The notes beneath the pieces were generated by a model that was not told where the DNA came from, made no database searches, and was given only the letters and a program-made list of their open reading frames with translations. A stretch of DNA of 64,000 nt. Origin: an uncultured Geobacter sp. GTDB lineage: Bacteria > Desulfobacterota > Desulfuromonadia > Geobacterales > Pseudopelobacteraceae. How positions within the stretch are numbered: the stretch's first letter is position 1; each line of letters begins with the position of its first letter. Shown here piece after piece: positions 1 to 7,798 of this stretch. The translations under genes and the position numbers were made by a program. The stretch is from positions 579 to 64,578 of the forward strand of contig CAYQMO010000002.1 in the NCBI GenBank assembly GCA_964418315.1, read 5' to 3'.

Positions 1-1457
1 GCCGTTTGTGCCGCTGCCAGTGTCTTGGTGTCCGTTACCACTGCAGCAGTGGTGCCGTTGTAGACCTTGCTGGTGGGCACTGAAAGGCCGCTCATGGTTA
101 GAGCTTTGGTGGTAATGGTGCCGTTGCTGCCGCTGAGTGAACTGCCTGCGGAGAGGTAATAGTTGGCGGCATCGGTGCTGCCAAGTGTCAGCGAGCCGAT
201 GGTGAAACTCTTGTTGCCGCTGCCGACGTTCTTGGTTGAGAAGTTGCCGTTACCGGAAACGCTGACGACATCATTGCTTTCCAGTCCGGTCAGGCCGAGG
301 CTGACGTTAGTCATGGCGGTCGTGCCGTCATAGACTTTTGTCAGGCCGGTGGCGGTCGCCGTGAGTGCCTTCTGGTTGACGGTAAGCGCGCCAACCACTG
401 TCAGCGTATTACTGAAATTTGCGCTAATCCCGCTGATGTTGCTTGCCGTAATGCTGTAGTTTCCGGCTTTCAGAGCACCATTTGTGCTGGCCTGCGGGCT
501 TTGCGGGGCAAGGGAAAAAACGGCACTGCCTCCGGCACCGTCGCTGTAGGTATAGGTGTTGCCGCTTACCGTAGGTGCCGCCAGCGTTTGAACCACGTTA
601 CTACCGTTCATGTATCTGGCGTTGGCGATGCTGTAGGATGGCGCGGTGCCATATGTGGAGGCGACATTGTTTACTATCACCAGAAGCTGCCCGGCAGGGA
701 CGACGGTATAGTTGCCGCTGGCGTAGCTGATGGAGTAATTGCCGTTGTTGGCGGTAACGCCGGAAGGTGTCAGGGCGTTTGTGTAGGTACCGGCCTGGGT
801 GTTTACGCCGCCAGTATTGCCATCCGGGCCGCTGGCGCTGCGAGTGATGGCGAGGCTGCCCAGGCCAAGTACTGCGGATGTTTCCCCATTGACAAAGCCG
901 TTGTAGCTCACGCCGTTGTAGGCCGCGACTCCGGTCGAGGCCAGGGTGACGAAATTGGCGTCGTTGTTGGCCTTCACCGTGAGCGGTGCGGGGTTTATGG
1001 TGCCGCTGCCGTTGCTCCAGCTCAGTGTGTAGTTGCCGGCATCGGTACCGGCAATGGCCACGGTGCCTACGTTGATTGTCTGTGTGCCCTGGTTGGCGGA
1101 GCTGAACACTGGCGCACCAGACACGGTGACTACATCACTGCCCACAATCCCCACCAGACCGCCATAGCCGTTGCTGTCCACGGGCATGGCGGTTGTGCCA
1201 CTGTAGGTCTTGGTTACTCCAGTGGTGCTACCGGCCAGCGTCAGGGTCTTCTGGCCGATAGTCAGGTTGGCTGGCACATAGGTAATGTTGTAGTTGCCGT
1301 TGGCGGTGTTGGTCATCGTTCCCTGCTGAATCTGATACGTCACGCCGCCTGCGCCGCTGGTCTCGCCGGATGCGCGGGTCAGACTGCCGGTGAGGCTGTC
1401 GCCGCTTAACAAGCCAACCCCCGTGCCCACAGTGCCGGTGGTGTTGGTGTATGTCAG
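1..1457 (-). CDS. Downstream (C-terminal) part of the TpsA-like exoprotein, read in a frame shifted by one nucleotide relative to ORF 1228..6084; open to the window edge
   Basis: Hand translation of the minus strand from 1457 (ctg aca tac acc ...) gives LTYTNTTGTVGTGVGLLSGDSLTGSLTRASGETSGAGGVTYQIQQGTMTNTANGNYNITYVPANLTIGQKTLTL..., followed by KVYDGTTAM / NYxIxY / LTV units with no stop down to position 1. This is the same repeat grammar as the upstream ORF. The ORF-track frame turns into H/R/Q-rich nonsense right after ANYAITFT. Confidence 0.6.
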   Translation of the reverse strand, partial: MTYTNTTGTVGTGVGLLSGDSLTGSLTRASGETSGAGGVTYQIQQGTMTNTANGNYNITYVPANLTIGQKTLTLAGSTTGVTKTYSGTTAMPVDSNGYGGLVGIVGSDVVTVSGAPVFSSANQGTQTINVGTVAIAGTDAGNYTLSWSNGSGTINPAPLTVKANNDANFVTLASTGVAAYNGVSYNGFVNGETSAVLGLGSLAITRSASGPDGNTGGVNTQAGTYTNALTPSGVTANNGNYSISYASGNYTVVPAGQLLVIVNNVASTYGTAPSYSIANARYMNGSNVVQTLAAPTVSGNTYTYSDGAGGSAVFSLAPQSPQASTNGALKAGNYSITASNISGISANFSNTLTVVGALTVNQKALTATATGLTKVYDGTTAMTNVSLGLTGLESNDVVSVSGNGNFSTKNVGSGNKSFTIGSLTLGSTDAANYYLSAGSSLSGSNGTITTKALTMSGLSVPTSKVYNGTTAAVVTDTKTLAAAQT

Positions 1458-4400
1458 TGGTAAAGGTAATGGCGTAGTTGGCTGCCTTGGCCCCCGTTCC
1501 CAGCGCAATGTCGTAGCTACCCACATTGCTGCCGGCTTCGCGACTCAACGTGCCGCTCACATCGGCCATCGCATCGTTCTGCGCCACCGTGGCCAGGCTA
1601 CCGCCGGTTACCGTGACGGCCAGAGTCGGTTCATTCTCGCCGTATACCTTGCTGGCGGCGCTGGCCGTCAGGGTGATGGGGCGCTGGGTAATGCTCAGGT
1701 TGGCAGGCACAAAAGCGATGGCGTAGTTGCTGTTGGCCACCGTGCCTTGCGCAATCGCATAGGGCCCACCCGCGACCGTCTCGCCTGCGGTGCGCGACAG
1801 GCTGCCGGTAAAGGTGTCGGTGCCGACGCGGCCGCGGCCGGTGCCGGCTGCTTCCATGGCGTAGGTCAGGCTGGGATCAGCATTGCCATACACCTTGGTT
1901 TGCGCATCCGCCGTCAGGGTGATCGGGCGCTGGGCAATCGTCAGCGTGCCATCCACATAGGTGTAACTGTAATTACCTGCGGTGTAACCACTGGGGCGGA
2001 TGGTGTAGCTACCGGCATTGACCGCGCCGCTCGACGAGCCGGTGCTGTAGTCCAGTGCGCCAGGTAGGTCTGAGGCGCCTTGCCCCAACACAAAGCCGCT
2101 ATAGGTCACCCCGTTGCCGCCGCCTGGTAAGGCCGCGCCGTCATAGGTCTTGCTCGCGTTGTTGGCGGTGACCGTCAGCGGTGCCCTATCCACCGTCAGA
2201 TTGCCGTTGCTGTAGGTGATGTTGTAGTTGTTGCTGTCGAAGGTGCCACCCGTGGCGGCGGAAGGGGTAATGGTGTAAGTGCCGCGCGCGGCGGTGTCCA
2301 TTGCTCCGCTGCTGCTGAGCGTCACCCCGCCGATGGTGTCAGTGTTCTTCAAGCCGGCTGGGCTAAAGCCGGTAGTGCCCAGGTTCAGCGTGGTGCCGTA
2401 GTTTTTGCTTTGCCCCGTGGCCCCGATGGTGAGCGGTGCGCGGTTCACCGTCAGCGCGCCATTCACATAGGTGATGCTGTAGTTGCTGGCCATAAACGTG
2501 CCGTTGGTGGCATTGCTGGGGACAATGCTGTACGGGCTGCCGCTGACGCCGGCGGTATCAACCGCGCCGCTGCTGGCTAGCGTTAAGCGGCCAATGGTTT
2601 CGCCGTTTTGCAGGCCGGACGACGTGAACAAGTTGGTGTCCGTGGTGTTGCCCATCGTTAGGATGTCGCCATAGGTTTTGCTCTGCGCGCTGGCGGTGAC
2701 GGTGAGCGGTGCCTGCGTCACGGCAAAGTTGGCCGGCACCACGGTTATGGCGTAGTTGCTGTTGGCCAGCGTGCCCACGCTGTTAATGGCGTAGGTGTCA
2801 ACGTCTTCACCGGCCACGCGGGCCAGTGCGCCGATGAAGGTGTCGTTATTGACCCGACCGCGACTACTGCCTGCGGCCTCTACAGCATATGTATATGCCG
2901 GGTTGGCGGCACCGTAGACCTTGGTCTGGCCGCTGTTGACGGTGATGTTGATCGGGCGAGGGCTGACGGTATAACTGCTGTTGGTGCCCCATGTGATGGA
3001 GTAGTCGCTGGCGCTGCCGCTGGTGTAGCCGATGCTCAGCAGAGTGGGGTTGCTTGCGTAGCTGTAGGAACCTGCTGCGGTGGTGCTGGTCAGGAAGCTG
3101 CCGTAGCTGAGCGTCAGGTTGCTGGAGCCAACCAGCGTATACCCTGAGGAAATTGTGCCGCTCGGCGGGGTGTCGCCATAAATGCTGGAAAGAGCGCTGG
3201 TGAAGTTGATAGTGACCGAAGTGGTGCTACTACCCATACGCCAAGGAGTAGCACCAAATGTTAGCGTCGGATAAGCTCCATCGGCACCGGTTATGCTCCA
3301 GCCCGCATTTGTAAATGTGCTCAGGGTTTTCATCTGGGCCGTGGTTTTACCTACTGCCGCACCACCGCTTGTAGCCATACCACTAGTTTGGTTATCCCAG
3401 AAGCTATTTGTAATAGTTCCCCCTGTATAACCTGAAAAGCCACCCTTTCTGGAGGTACTTCCACTACTAACACTTCCGGTTGAATAAGAATTTGAAATAG
3501 TCCCGTTATTTCCAACAAAACCACCGACATAATACCCACCTGTACCACTTCCGGTTGAAGTCGCACTTCCGGTTGAGTAACAATTTGAAATGGTTCCGCC
3601 TTGCCCAGAAAAACCACCAACATATGTGGTAGATGAAGTAACATTTCCAGTTGAATAAGAATTTGAAATGATTCCGCTGCTTTGCCCAACAAAGCCTCCA
3701 GCACTGCTGCCGGTTGCAGTAACACTTCCAGTAGAGTAAGATTTTGAAATGGTTCCAGTGTCATAACCTACAAAACCGCCGGTCATGCTAGCTCCACTAA
3801 CAGTTCCAGTTGAGTAAGAATTTGAAACGGTTCCGCCATTATTACCTACAAATCCGCCGGTATAAGCACCCGTTGCAGTAACTGATCCGGTAGCATAAGC
3901 GTTTGAGATAGTTCCGCTCATATTGTATCCAACCAGCCCGCCGGTTCCGTTAGCTCCCGATACATTAACAGCAGCGTAGGAATCTGAAACGATTGACGAA
4001 CCGGTATTGAGCCCAAGCAATCCTCCGGCACTGTCAGATGCAGTAATACTTCCGCTAGTAATACCTATATTTTTAATAGAGGCTGACGAATTTGTGCGTC
4101 CGAATAGTCCTTGATTATACTCAGTAGGGCGATTGATCGTCAGGTTGCTGACACTATGACCAAGTCCATCAAACTTTTTTGTAAATTGTGTAGCGCTATT
4201 GCCAATTGCTACCCAGTTGGCTATGCTGTTTAAGCTAATATTGCTACCCAAGGCATAGTTGTTTACAGTATCATTAATCATGGCTTGGAAAGAGCTTGCA
4301 TAATTGACAACCCTATAAGTCACAAGTGCGCCGTCACTTCCAAGTTTGGTGCTAAATCTTTCGCCCTCAAGAAGATTGATTTGACCTGTAAAGTTATTGC

Positions 4401-6084
4401 CGGTGTTGTTATTCAAAGTTCCGGTTAATCCAAAGTTATAAGTCGCCGTATTCCCAGCCGCAACAGCGCCTTGACCATAGTATAATGATACATTGCCGTT
4501 TGTGGCCGTGATATTGGCATTGATCGCGATGTTTCTATAGGCGCTAAGTGTTAAGCTGTAAGCGGATGTCCAGCTAATAGCAGAAGAGACTGTGATGTCA
4601 CCATCTGTGCCACTTTCACCACTTGTAGTGCTTGGTGTATTACCTCCATTGGTCGTGATAGTTACATTACCAGTTCCCAAAGCTGTCCCTATTGTGCTAG
4701 CCAGCGTACTGTCTATCGTGATATTGACAGGGTCGATGAGCCACTTTTTTGCTTTGACCTGCGCGCCTTCTTGGATAGTGAAGTGCTCGCCGGAAGTCTC
4801 GACCCAGCCGCCGTCGCCACCTTCTGCACCGCCTTTTGAGAGGATTTCGCCACCCACCGTGGTGATTGAGTTGGCGTTGTGGATATCCGACCAGAGCACA
4901 GCAGTACCACCATTGCCGATCTGCGTTGCACTGACGTCTATCTTCGCCCCCTGTTCCATGGTGACAGTGGTTGCCTGGTGCATGGTGCCGCTCCCCTGCC
5001 AGCCGCCGCCCACCAGCACCGTGCCGCCGCCGGTTTTGCCGGTAGCATCAAGCAGACTGCCGCTGGCAAGGGTGATATGATCGCCGGAAAGAGTGATGGT
5101 GCCACCTTTTACCCCATCCCCACCCCGACCCTCCCCTTGAAGGGGAGGGAGTATTTGTGTGAGAGTTGACTTGCCTGAGACATCCAGCGTGCCACTATTG
5201 GTGACATTGCCCCCTTCAATGACGATCTCGCCATTGCGCTCCACCATGCTGCGGGCGCGAACCTTGCCGCTGTTGTTGACAACCGTAGCCAGTAGGGCAT
5301 CAGCAGCCGAAGCAGTCATTACCACCGTGCCGCCGTCAGCCTCAATTACGCCGCTGTTGGTCACCTGGGCGTTATATGCCGCTTTATCTACCTTGATCGC
5401 CATCAGGCCATTGGGATCAAAACCGAGAGTAATCTCATCACCCGCAGCCAACCCTGTCGTCCCCTTGGTAGTAACAATGGTTCCGGCGTTCTCGACTGAA
5501 TTACCAAGCAGCGCCACAAAACCGCCAGAGACATTCCCCTGATTGACCACCGAACCGCCTGCTCCATCTTTAAAGAACGAATATTTCCCCGCCAGGAAAT
5601 CACTGTCCTTTATGCTGAGGCTGGACGCCACCAGACCGCCGACATTGACGCTGGCACCGGGAGCAAAGAGGATGCCGGAGGGGTTGGTCAAAAAGACCCG
5701 GCCATTTGCTGTCAACGAGCCGAAGATGTTGGAGGGGTTATTTCCCAGCACCCGGTTTAGCAGAGTTGACTGGCTGGAAGGCTGTGCGATGTTGACCGCC
5801 TCACCTTTGCCAATGCCGAAGGAATTCCAGTTAATAATCGCCTGGTTTGTTCCCTGGGTGATGTTCATCTGGTTAGTGGCCGGCGTGCTGATGGCAGCCT
5901 GTCCGGCGGCAACCTGTCCGCCTGATGGCAGCGCAAACGCACCGCTTGCGGCCATAATCAGCGAAGTCACAACGGCAGCGGCAACGGTAATCGGCGACGG
6001 CCCGCCGTTGCCTTTGATAATCTCGGCGGCGACAACCCAGCGTTCTTTTGCTTTGCTCCAGATCAGGCGGTATGCTTTATTCAT
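1228..6084 (-). CDS. Two-partner-secretion (TpsA) filamentous-hemagglutinin-family exoprotein: ESPR signal, TPS domain, beta-helix repeats, GLUG-type repeats, MBG-type repeats. The last ~76 codons of this ORF are probably out of frame.
   Basis: The N-terminus MNKAYRLIWSKAKERWVVAAE is an extended signal peptide region. NQAIINWNSFGIGKGEAVNIAQPSSQSTLLNRVLGNNPSNIFGSLTANGRVFLTNPSGILF is a TPS/haemagglutination-activity domain. Then come G/T/S-rich repeats, GGxVGxNxGTISNSYSTGSV repeats, and repeated ...KxYG/YDG...NYxIxY..G.LTV units. Confidence 0.9.
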   Translation of the reverse strand: MNKAYRLIWSKAKERWVVAAEIIKGNGGPSPITVAAAVVTSLIMAASGAFALPSGGQVAAGQAAISTPATNQMNITQGTNQAIINWNSFGIGKGEAVNIAQPSSQSTLLNRVLGNNPSNIFGSLTANGRVFLTNPSGILFAPGASVNVGGLVASSLSIKDSDFLAGKYSFFKDGAGGSVVNQGNVSGGFVALLGNSVENAGTIVTTKGTTGLAAGDEITLGFDPNGLMAIKVDKAAYNAQVTNSGVIEADGGTVVMTASAADALLATVVNNSGKVRARSMVERNGEIVIEGGNVTNSGTLDVSGKSTLTQILPPLQGEGRGGDGVKGGTITLSGDHITLASGSLLDATGKTGGGTVLVGGGWQGSGTMHQATTVTMEQGAKIDVSATQIGNGGTAVLWSDIHNANSITTVGGEILSKGGAEGGDGGWVETSGEHFTIQEGAQVKAKKWLIDPVNITIDSTLASTIGTALGTGNVTITTNGGNTPSTTSGESGTDGDITVSSAISWTSAYSLTLSAYRNIAINANITATNGNVSLYYGQGAVAAGNTATYNFGLTGTLNNNTGNNFTGQINLLEGERFSTKLGSDGALVTYRVVNYASSFQAMINDTVNNYALGSNISLNSIANWVAIGNSATQFTKKFDGLGHSVSNLTINRPTEYNQGLFGRTNSSASIKNIGITSGSITASDSAGGLLGLNTGSSIVSDSYAAVNVSGANGTGGLVGYNMSGTISNAYATGSVTATGAYTGGFVGNNGGTVSNSYSTGTVSGASMTGGFVGYDTGTISKSYSTGSVTATGSSAGGFVGQSSGIISNSYSTGNVTSSTTYVGGFSGQGGTISNCYSTGSATSTGSGTGGYYVGGFVGNNGTISNSYSTGSVSSGSTSRKGGFSGYTGGTITNSFWDNQTSGMATSGGAAVGKTTAQMKTLSTFTNAGWSITGADGAYPTLTFGATPWRMGSSTTSVTINFTSALSSIYGDTPPSGTISSGYTLVGSSNLTLSYGSFLTSTTAAGSYSYASNPTLLSIGYTSGSASDYSITWGTNSSYTVSPRPINITVNSGQTKVYGAANPAYTYAVEAAGSSRGRVNNDTFIGALARVAGEDVDTYAINSVGTLANSNYAITVVPANFAVTQAPLTVTASAQSKTYGDILTMGNTTDTNLFTSSGLQNGETIGRLTLASSGAVDTAGVSGSPYSIVPSNATNGTFMASNYSITYVNGALTVNRAPLTIGATGQSKNYGTTLNLGTTGFSPAGLKNTDTIGGVTLSSSGAMDTAARGTYTITPSAATGGTFDSNNYNITYSNGNLTVDRAPLTVTANNASKTYDGAALPGGGNGVTYSGFVLGQGASDLPGALDYSTGSSSGAVNAGSYTIRPSGYTAGNYSYTYVDGTLTIAQRPITLTADAQTKVYGNADPSLTYAMEAAGTGRGRVGTDTFTGSLSRTAGETVAGGPYAIAQGTVANSNYAIAFVPANLSITQRPITLTASAASKVYGENEPTLAVTVTGGSLATVAQNDAMADVSGTLSREAGSNVGSYDIALGTGAKAANYAITFTTDIHQHHRHCGHGGWLVKRRQPHRQSDPRIRRDQRRRRRDVSDSAGNDDQHRQRQLQHYLCASQPDYRPEDPDAGR
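3395..4045 (-). repeat. About 9-10 tandem GLUG-type coding repeats (GGFVGxxxGTISNSYSTGSVT) inside the exoprotein gene
   Basis: The translated segment SDSAGGLLGLNTGSSIVSDSYAAVNVSGANGTGGLVGYNMSGTISNAYATGSVTATGAYTGGFVGNNGGTVSNSYSTGTVSG...GGFSGYTGGTITNSFWDNQTSG has a period of roughly 22-25 aa. Confidence 0.75.
5111..5150. repeat. Family-A palindromic element (C-rich tail + CCCTCCCCTT-G-AAGGGGAGGG hairpin), in frame inside the exoprotein CDS
   Basis: ACCCCATCCCCACCCCGACCCTCCCCTTGAAGGGGAGGGA is 40/40 identical to the reverse complement of 46417-46456. Here it is translated as ILPPLQGEGRGGDGV. Confidence 0.85.
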
Positions 6085-6124
6085 GGTGGTTTTCTCCTAT
6101 TGGTTTGTGGCGTGTCCATGCGGT

Positions 6125-6152
6125 GTAGGGGCAAAAGATTTTCTGCCCCTAC
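6125..6152. repeat. Family-B palindromic element GTAGGGGCAAAAGATTTTCTGCCCCTAC in the leader region of the exoprotein gene
   Basis: Two perfect 9-bp arms (GTAGGGGCA / TGCCCCTAC) flank a 10-nt loop. A related copy lies at 7945-7987. Confidence 0.8.
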
Positions 6153-6204
6153 GGTATAAATCCAACCAAATTCTATTTTCCGTACATCTCATCCGTTTTT
6201 TTAT

Positions 6205-6570
6205 TCATGGCGATGTCTCCAATTGGCTTGTACGTGACAAAATTCCAATATTTCCATGTTCAGCACTCTGTTCTGCTGCATGCGCTGCGATAACCTGGGC
6301 TCCGATTTGTGCCGCCTGGGCAAAGTGTTCCATCACCATACGGCGCAGTTCGTCTATCTGGGACAGTGCGTAATGCACATCGGGAAAAATGGCCGGCATT
6401 TCAACGAGCTGCTTTTGCTCAGTAAGAAACATGGTGCGAACTGAAAGGCCGGTTGCGGTCATTTCCAAGGCAAATACCGAGCGACCGTGCAGAGTTTGCG
6501 GGGTTGCTGCTTCAGTAGAAGTTTCATCTGGTGTGACTGCTGAATTTACTTCGGGTAATTTTTTGCTCAT
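6205..6570 (-). CDS. Hypothetical protein (121 aa), co-oriented immediately upstream of the exoprotein gene
   Basis: ATG at 6570 is preceded by AAGGAG with 6-nt spacing. I recognise no family. Confidence 0.55.
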   Translation of the reverse strand: MSKKLPEVNSAVTPDETSTEAATPQTLHGRSVFALEMTATGLSVRTMFLTEQKQLVEMPAIFPDVHYALSQIDELRRMVMEHFAQAAQIGAQVIAAHAAEQSAEHGNIGILSRTSQLETSP

Positions 6571-6611
6571 TTGCTACTCCTTTTTTGTTGTGTGGTATGA
6601 AAATTTGGCCA

Positions 6612-6806
6612 CTACGATGGAGTTTTAATTTCTATCGAATCGCCATCAGCCTGTTTATTCCTGTAAAGCGGACATTCCGCAAACCTGTCGCCACAACACT
6701 CAAGAATAGCCGGTATGGTCTTGCCGGTTATCACCTGCACCTTGCAACCGGGCAGGGCTTGCGGTATGAAGGGGCAGATTTCTGAGGTGCGCTGGGGTTC
6801 AGGCAT
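6612..6806 (-). CDS. Small Cys-rich hypothetical protein (64 aa from the internal ATG; the ORF track starts at 6824)
   Basis: ATG at 6806 is preceded by AAGAGG with 7-nt spacing, whereas the ATG at 6824 has no Shine-Dalgarno sequence. The protein has six Cys (ICPF...PGC...ECCGDRFAECPLY). No family recognised. Confidence 0.45.
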   Translation of the reverse strand: MPEPQRTSEICPFIPQALPGCKVQVITGKTIPAILECCGDRFAECPLYRNKQADGDSIEIKTPS

Positions 6807-6957
6807 TTTTAAGCCTCTTTGCATTAGTTGATCTATTATTCAGCGTGATAATCCGAAAACGTAAATGCGCAGGCAATCATTATTTCTACAAATAAATGTA
6901 AAGTGGCTTTAAATGGGGGTTTACAGAGGAAATGAGGGAAATTCAGGTGGCGGAAAT

Positions 6958-6984
6958 TGACACCTGTGGGTGTCAGTTTCTGAC
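6958..6984. promoter_or_regulatory. Two overlapping palindromes upstream of the small-ORF/exoprotein gene string; possible regulator binding site
   Basis: The palindromes are TGACACC-tgtg-GGTGTCA (6958-6975) and GTCAG-ttt-CTGAC (6972-6984). They lie about 150 nt upstream of the ATG at 6806. Confidence 0.3.
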
Positions 6985-7104
6985 AGCAGGGCAGATTTTA
7001 AACCTCCAAGGTTTCTTACAGGGAGTTTGAGAAAGAAGGGGAAATAGTTTTCAGGGCACTCTTATTGGGTGTTACTGCAACAGAGATCAGTGCTTGCGAG
7101 TCGG

Positions 7105-7416
7105 TCAGTAACCGGACACAAGATAATCTATCGCCTTGATGATCGTCTCATGCAGATGGGGCAGCGTAGTTACCAGTGAACGTAACTCATCAGCCATGAC
7201 GGTGCCGGGCATAAGCAGGTTGACAAAACAGTCCTCACCCTGAATCGACACGACAGGACAGAAAATAGTACTAGCGCCGATTATTGACAGATTACCCCGC
7301 AGAAAGATTGGCACTACGGTTGCCAAACCGAATTTCAGCAGTTCATCATTTGAAACCACCATCAGGTACTTTGCCAACGATACTTCATCGCTATTTCGGT
7401 ACACCGAATACTGCAT
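7105..7416 (-). CDS. ccdB: CcdB-family toxin (gyrase-poison type)
   Basis: MQYSVYRNSDEVSLAKYLMVVSNDELL...VVPIFL...PVVSIQGEDCFVNLLMPGTVMADELRSLVTTLPHLHETIIKAIDYLVSGY parallels the F-plasmid CcdB layout (MQFKVY...VIPL...PVVHIGDE...V...L...I..AI..L..G). Its ATG overlaps the upstream stop as TAATG. Confidence 0.7.
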   Translation of the reverse strand: MQYSVYRNSDEVSLAKYLMVVSNDELLKFGLATVVPIFLRGNLSIIGASTIFCPVVSIQGEDCFVNLLMPGTVMADELRSLVTTLPHLHETIIKAIDYLVSGY

Positions 7417-7649
7417 TACCAAACCCTCTTGCTTTTTACATAGTGAGCAATACCGTCCTTGTCGGACATCAGGTGGGTCATGACATGTTCGACGCTATTA
7501 AACGCTTCAATAATATCCTGTTTGCGTCGTTCGGCCGCAATATGTGCAGTCGCAACCCGGCTCAGGTCTATTCTGTTTTGCCTGACAAACTCAAAATCTT
7601 CAGGAGTAAGACTGATACTGGTCTGCTGTTTTCGTTTCAGTTGCGCCAT
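7416..7649 (-). CDS. ccdA: CcdA-family antitoxin
   Basis: This is a 77-aa protein read from ATG 7649, with GGAGG 8 nt upstream. ISLTPEDFEFVRQNRIDLSRVATAHIAAERRKQ resembles the CcdA N-terminal ribbon-helix region. The protein ends in W, as CcdA does, and is translationally coupled to ccdB. Confidence 0.65.
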   Translation of the reverse strand: MAQLKRKQQTSISLTPEDFEFVRQNRIDLSRVATAHIAAERRKQDIIEAFNSVEHVMTHLMSDKDGIAHYVKSKRVW

Positions 7650-7683
7650 CTCTCCCACCTCCCGTATAGCTATTTTGACACTA

Positions 7684-7712
7684 ATAATACACTGAAATTC
7701 ACACTACATCAA
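7684..7712 (-). promoter_or_regulatory. Sigma-70-type promoter for ccdAB (TTGATG-N17-TATTAT), embedded in repeated AGTGT motifs
   Basis: The minus strand reads TTGATG (7712-7707), a 17-nt spacer, then TATTAT (7689-7684), 35 nt upstream of the ATG. TAGTGT/CAGTGT occurs four times within 7675-7725. Confidence 0.45.
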
Positions 7713-7798
7713 CACTAATATATGTAATACAAAGGATTACGTTACTACTCGCCAACACTTTCTGTCTGGTAATAGTTGGGCAAATAATTTTTCCCCCC

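Noticed and set aside
501-6373. Long plus-strand ORFs (501..1409, 1390..2067, 4592..5080, 5159..5542, 5543..6373) opposite the exoprotein gene
   Set aside because: They are low-complexity G/A/V/R-rich translations lying antisense to a gene with clear ESPR/TPS/GLUG/MBG architecture. These are typical shadow ORFs of a repetitive, codon-biased gene.
6825-7104. Search for a sigma-54 -24/-12 promoter upstream of the small-ORF/exoprotein operon, expected because an EBP-like regulator is adjacent
   Set aside because: The only GG-N10-GC match on the minus strand is AGGTTTAAAATCTGCC, which lacks the TGGCA and TTGC cores. It is not supportable.
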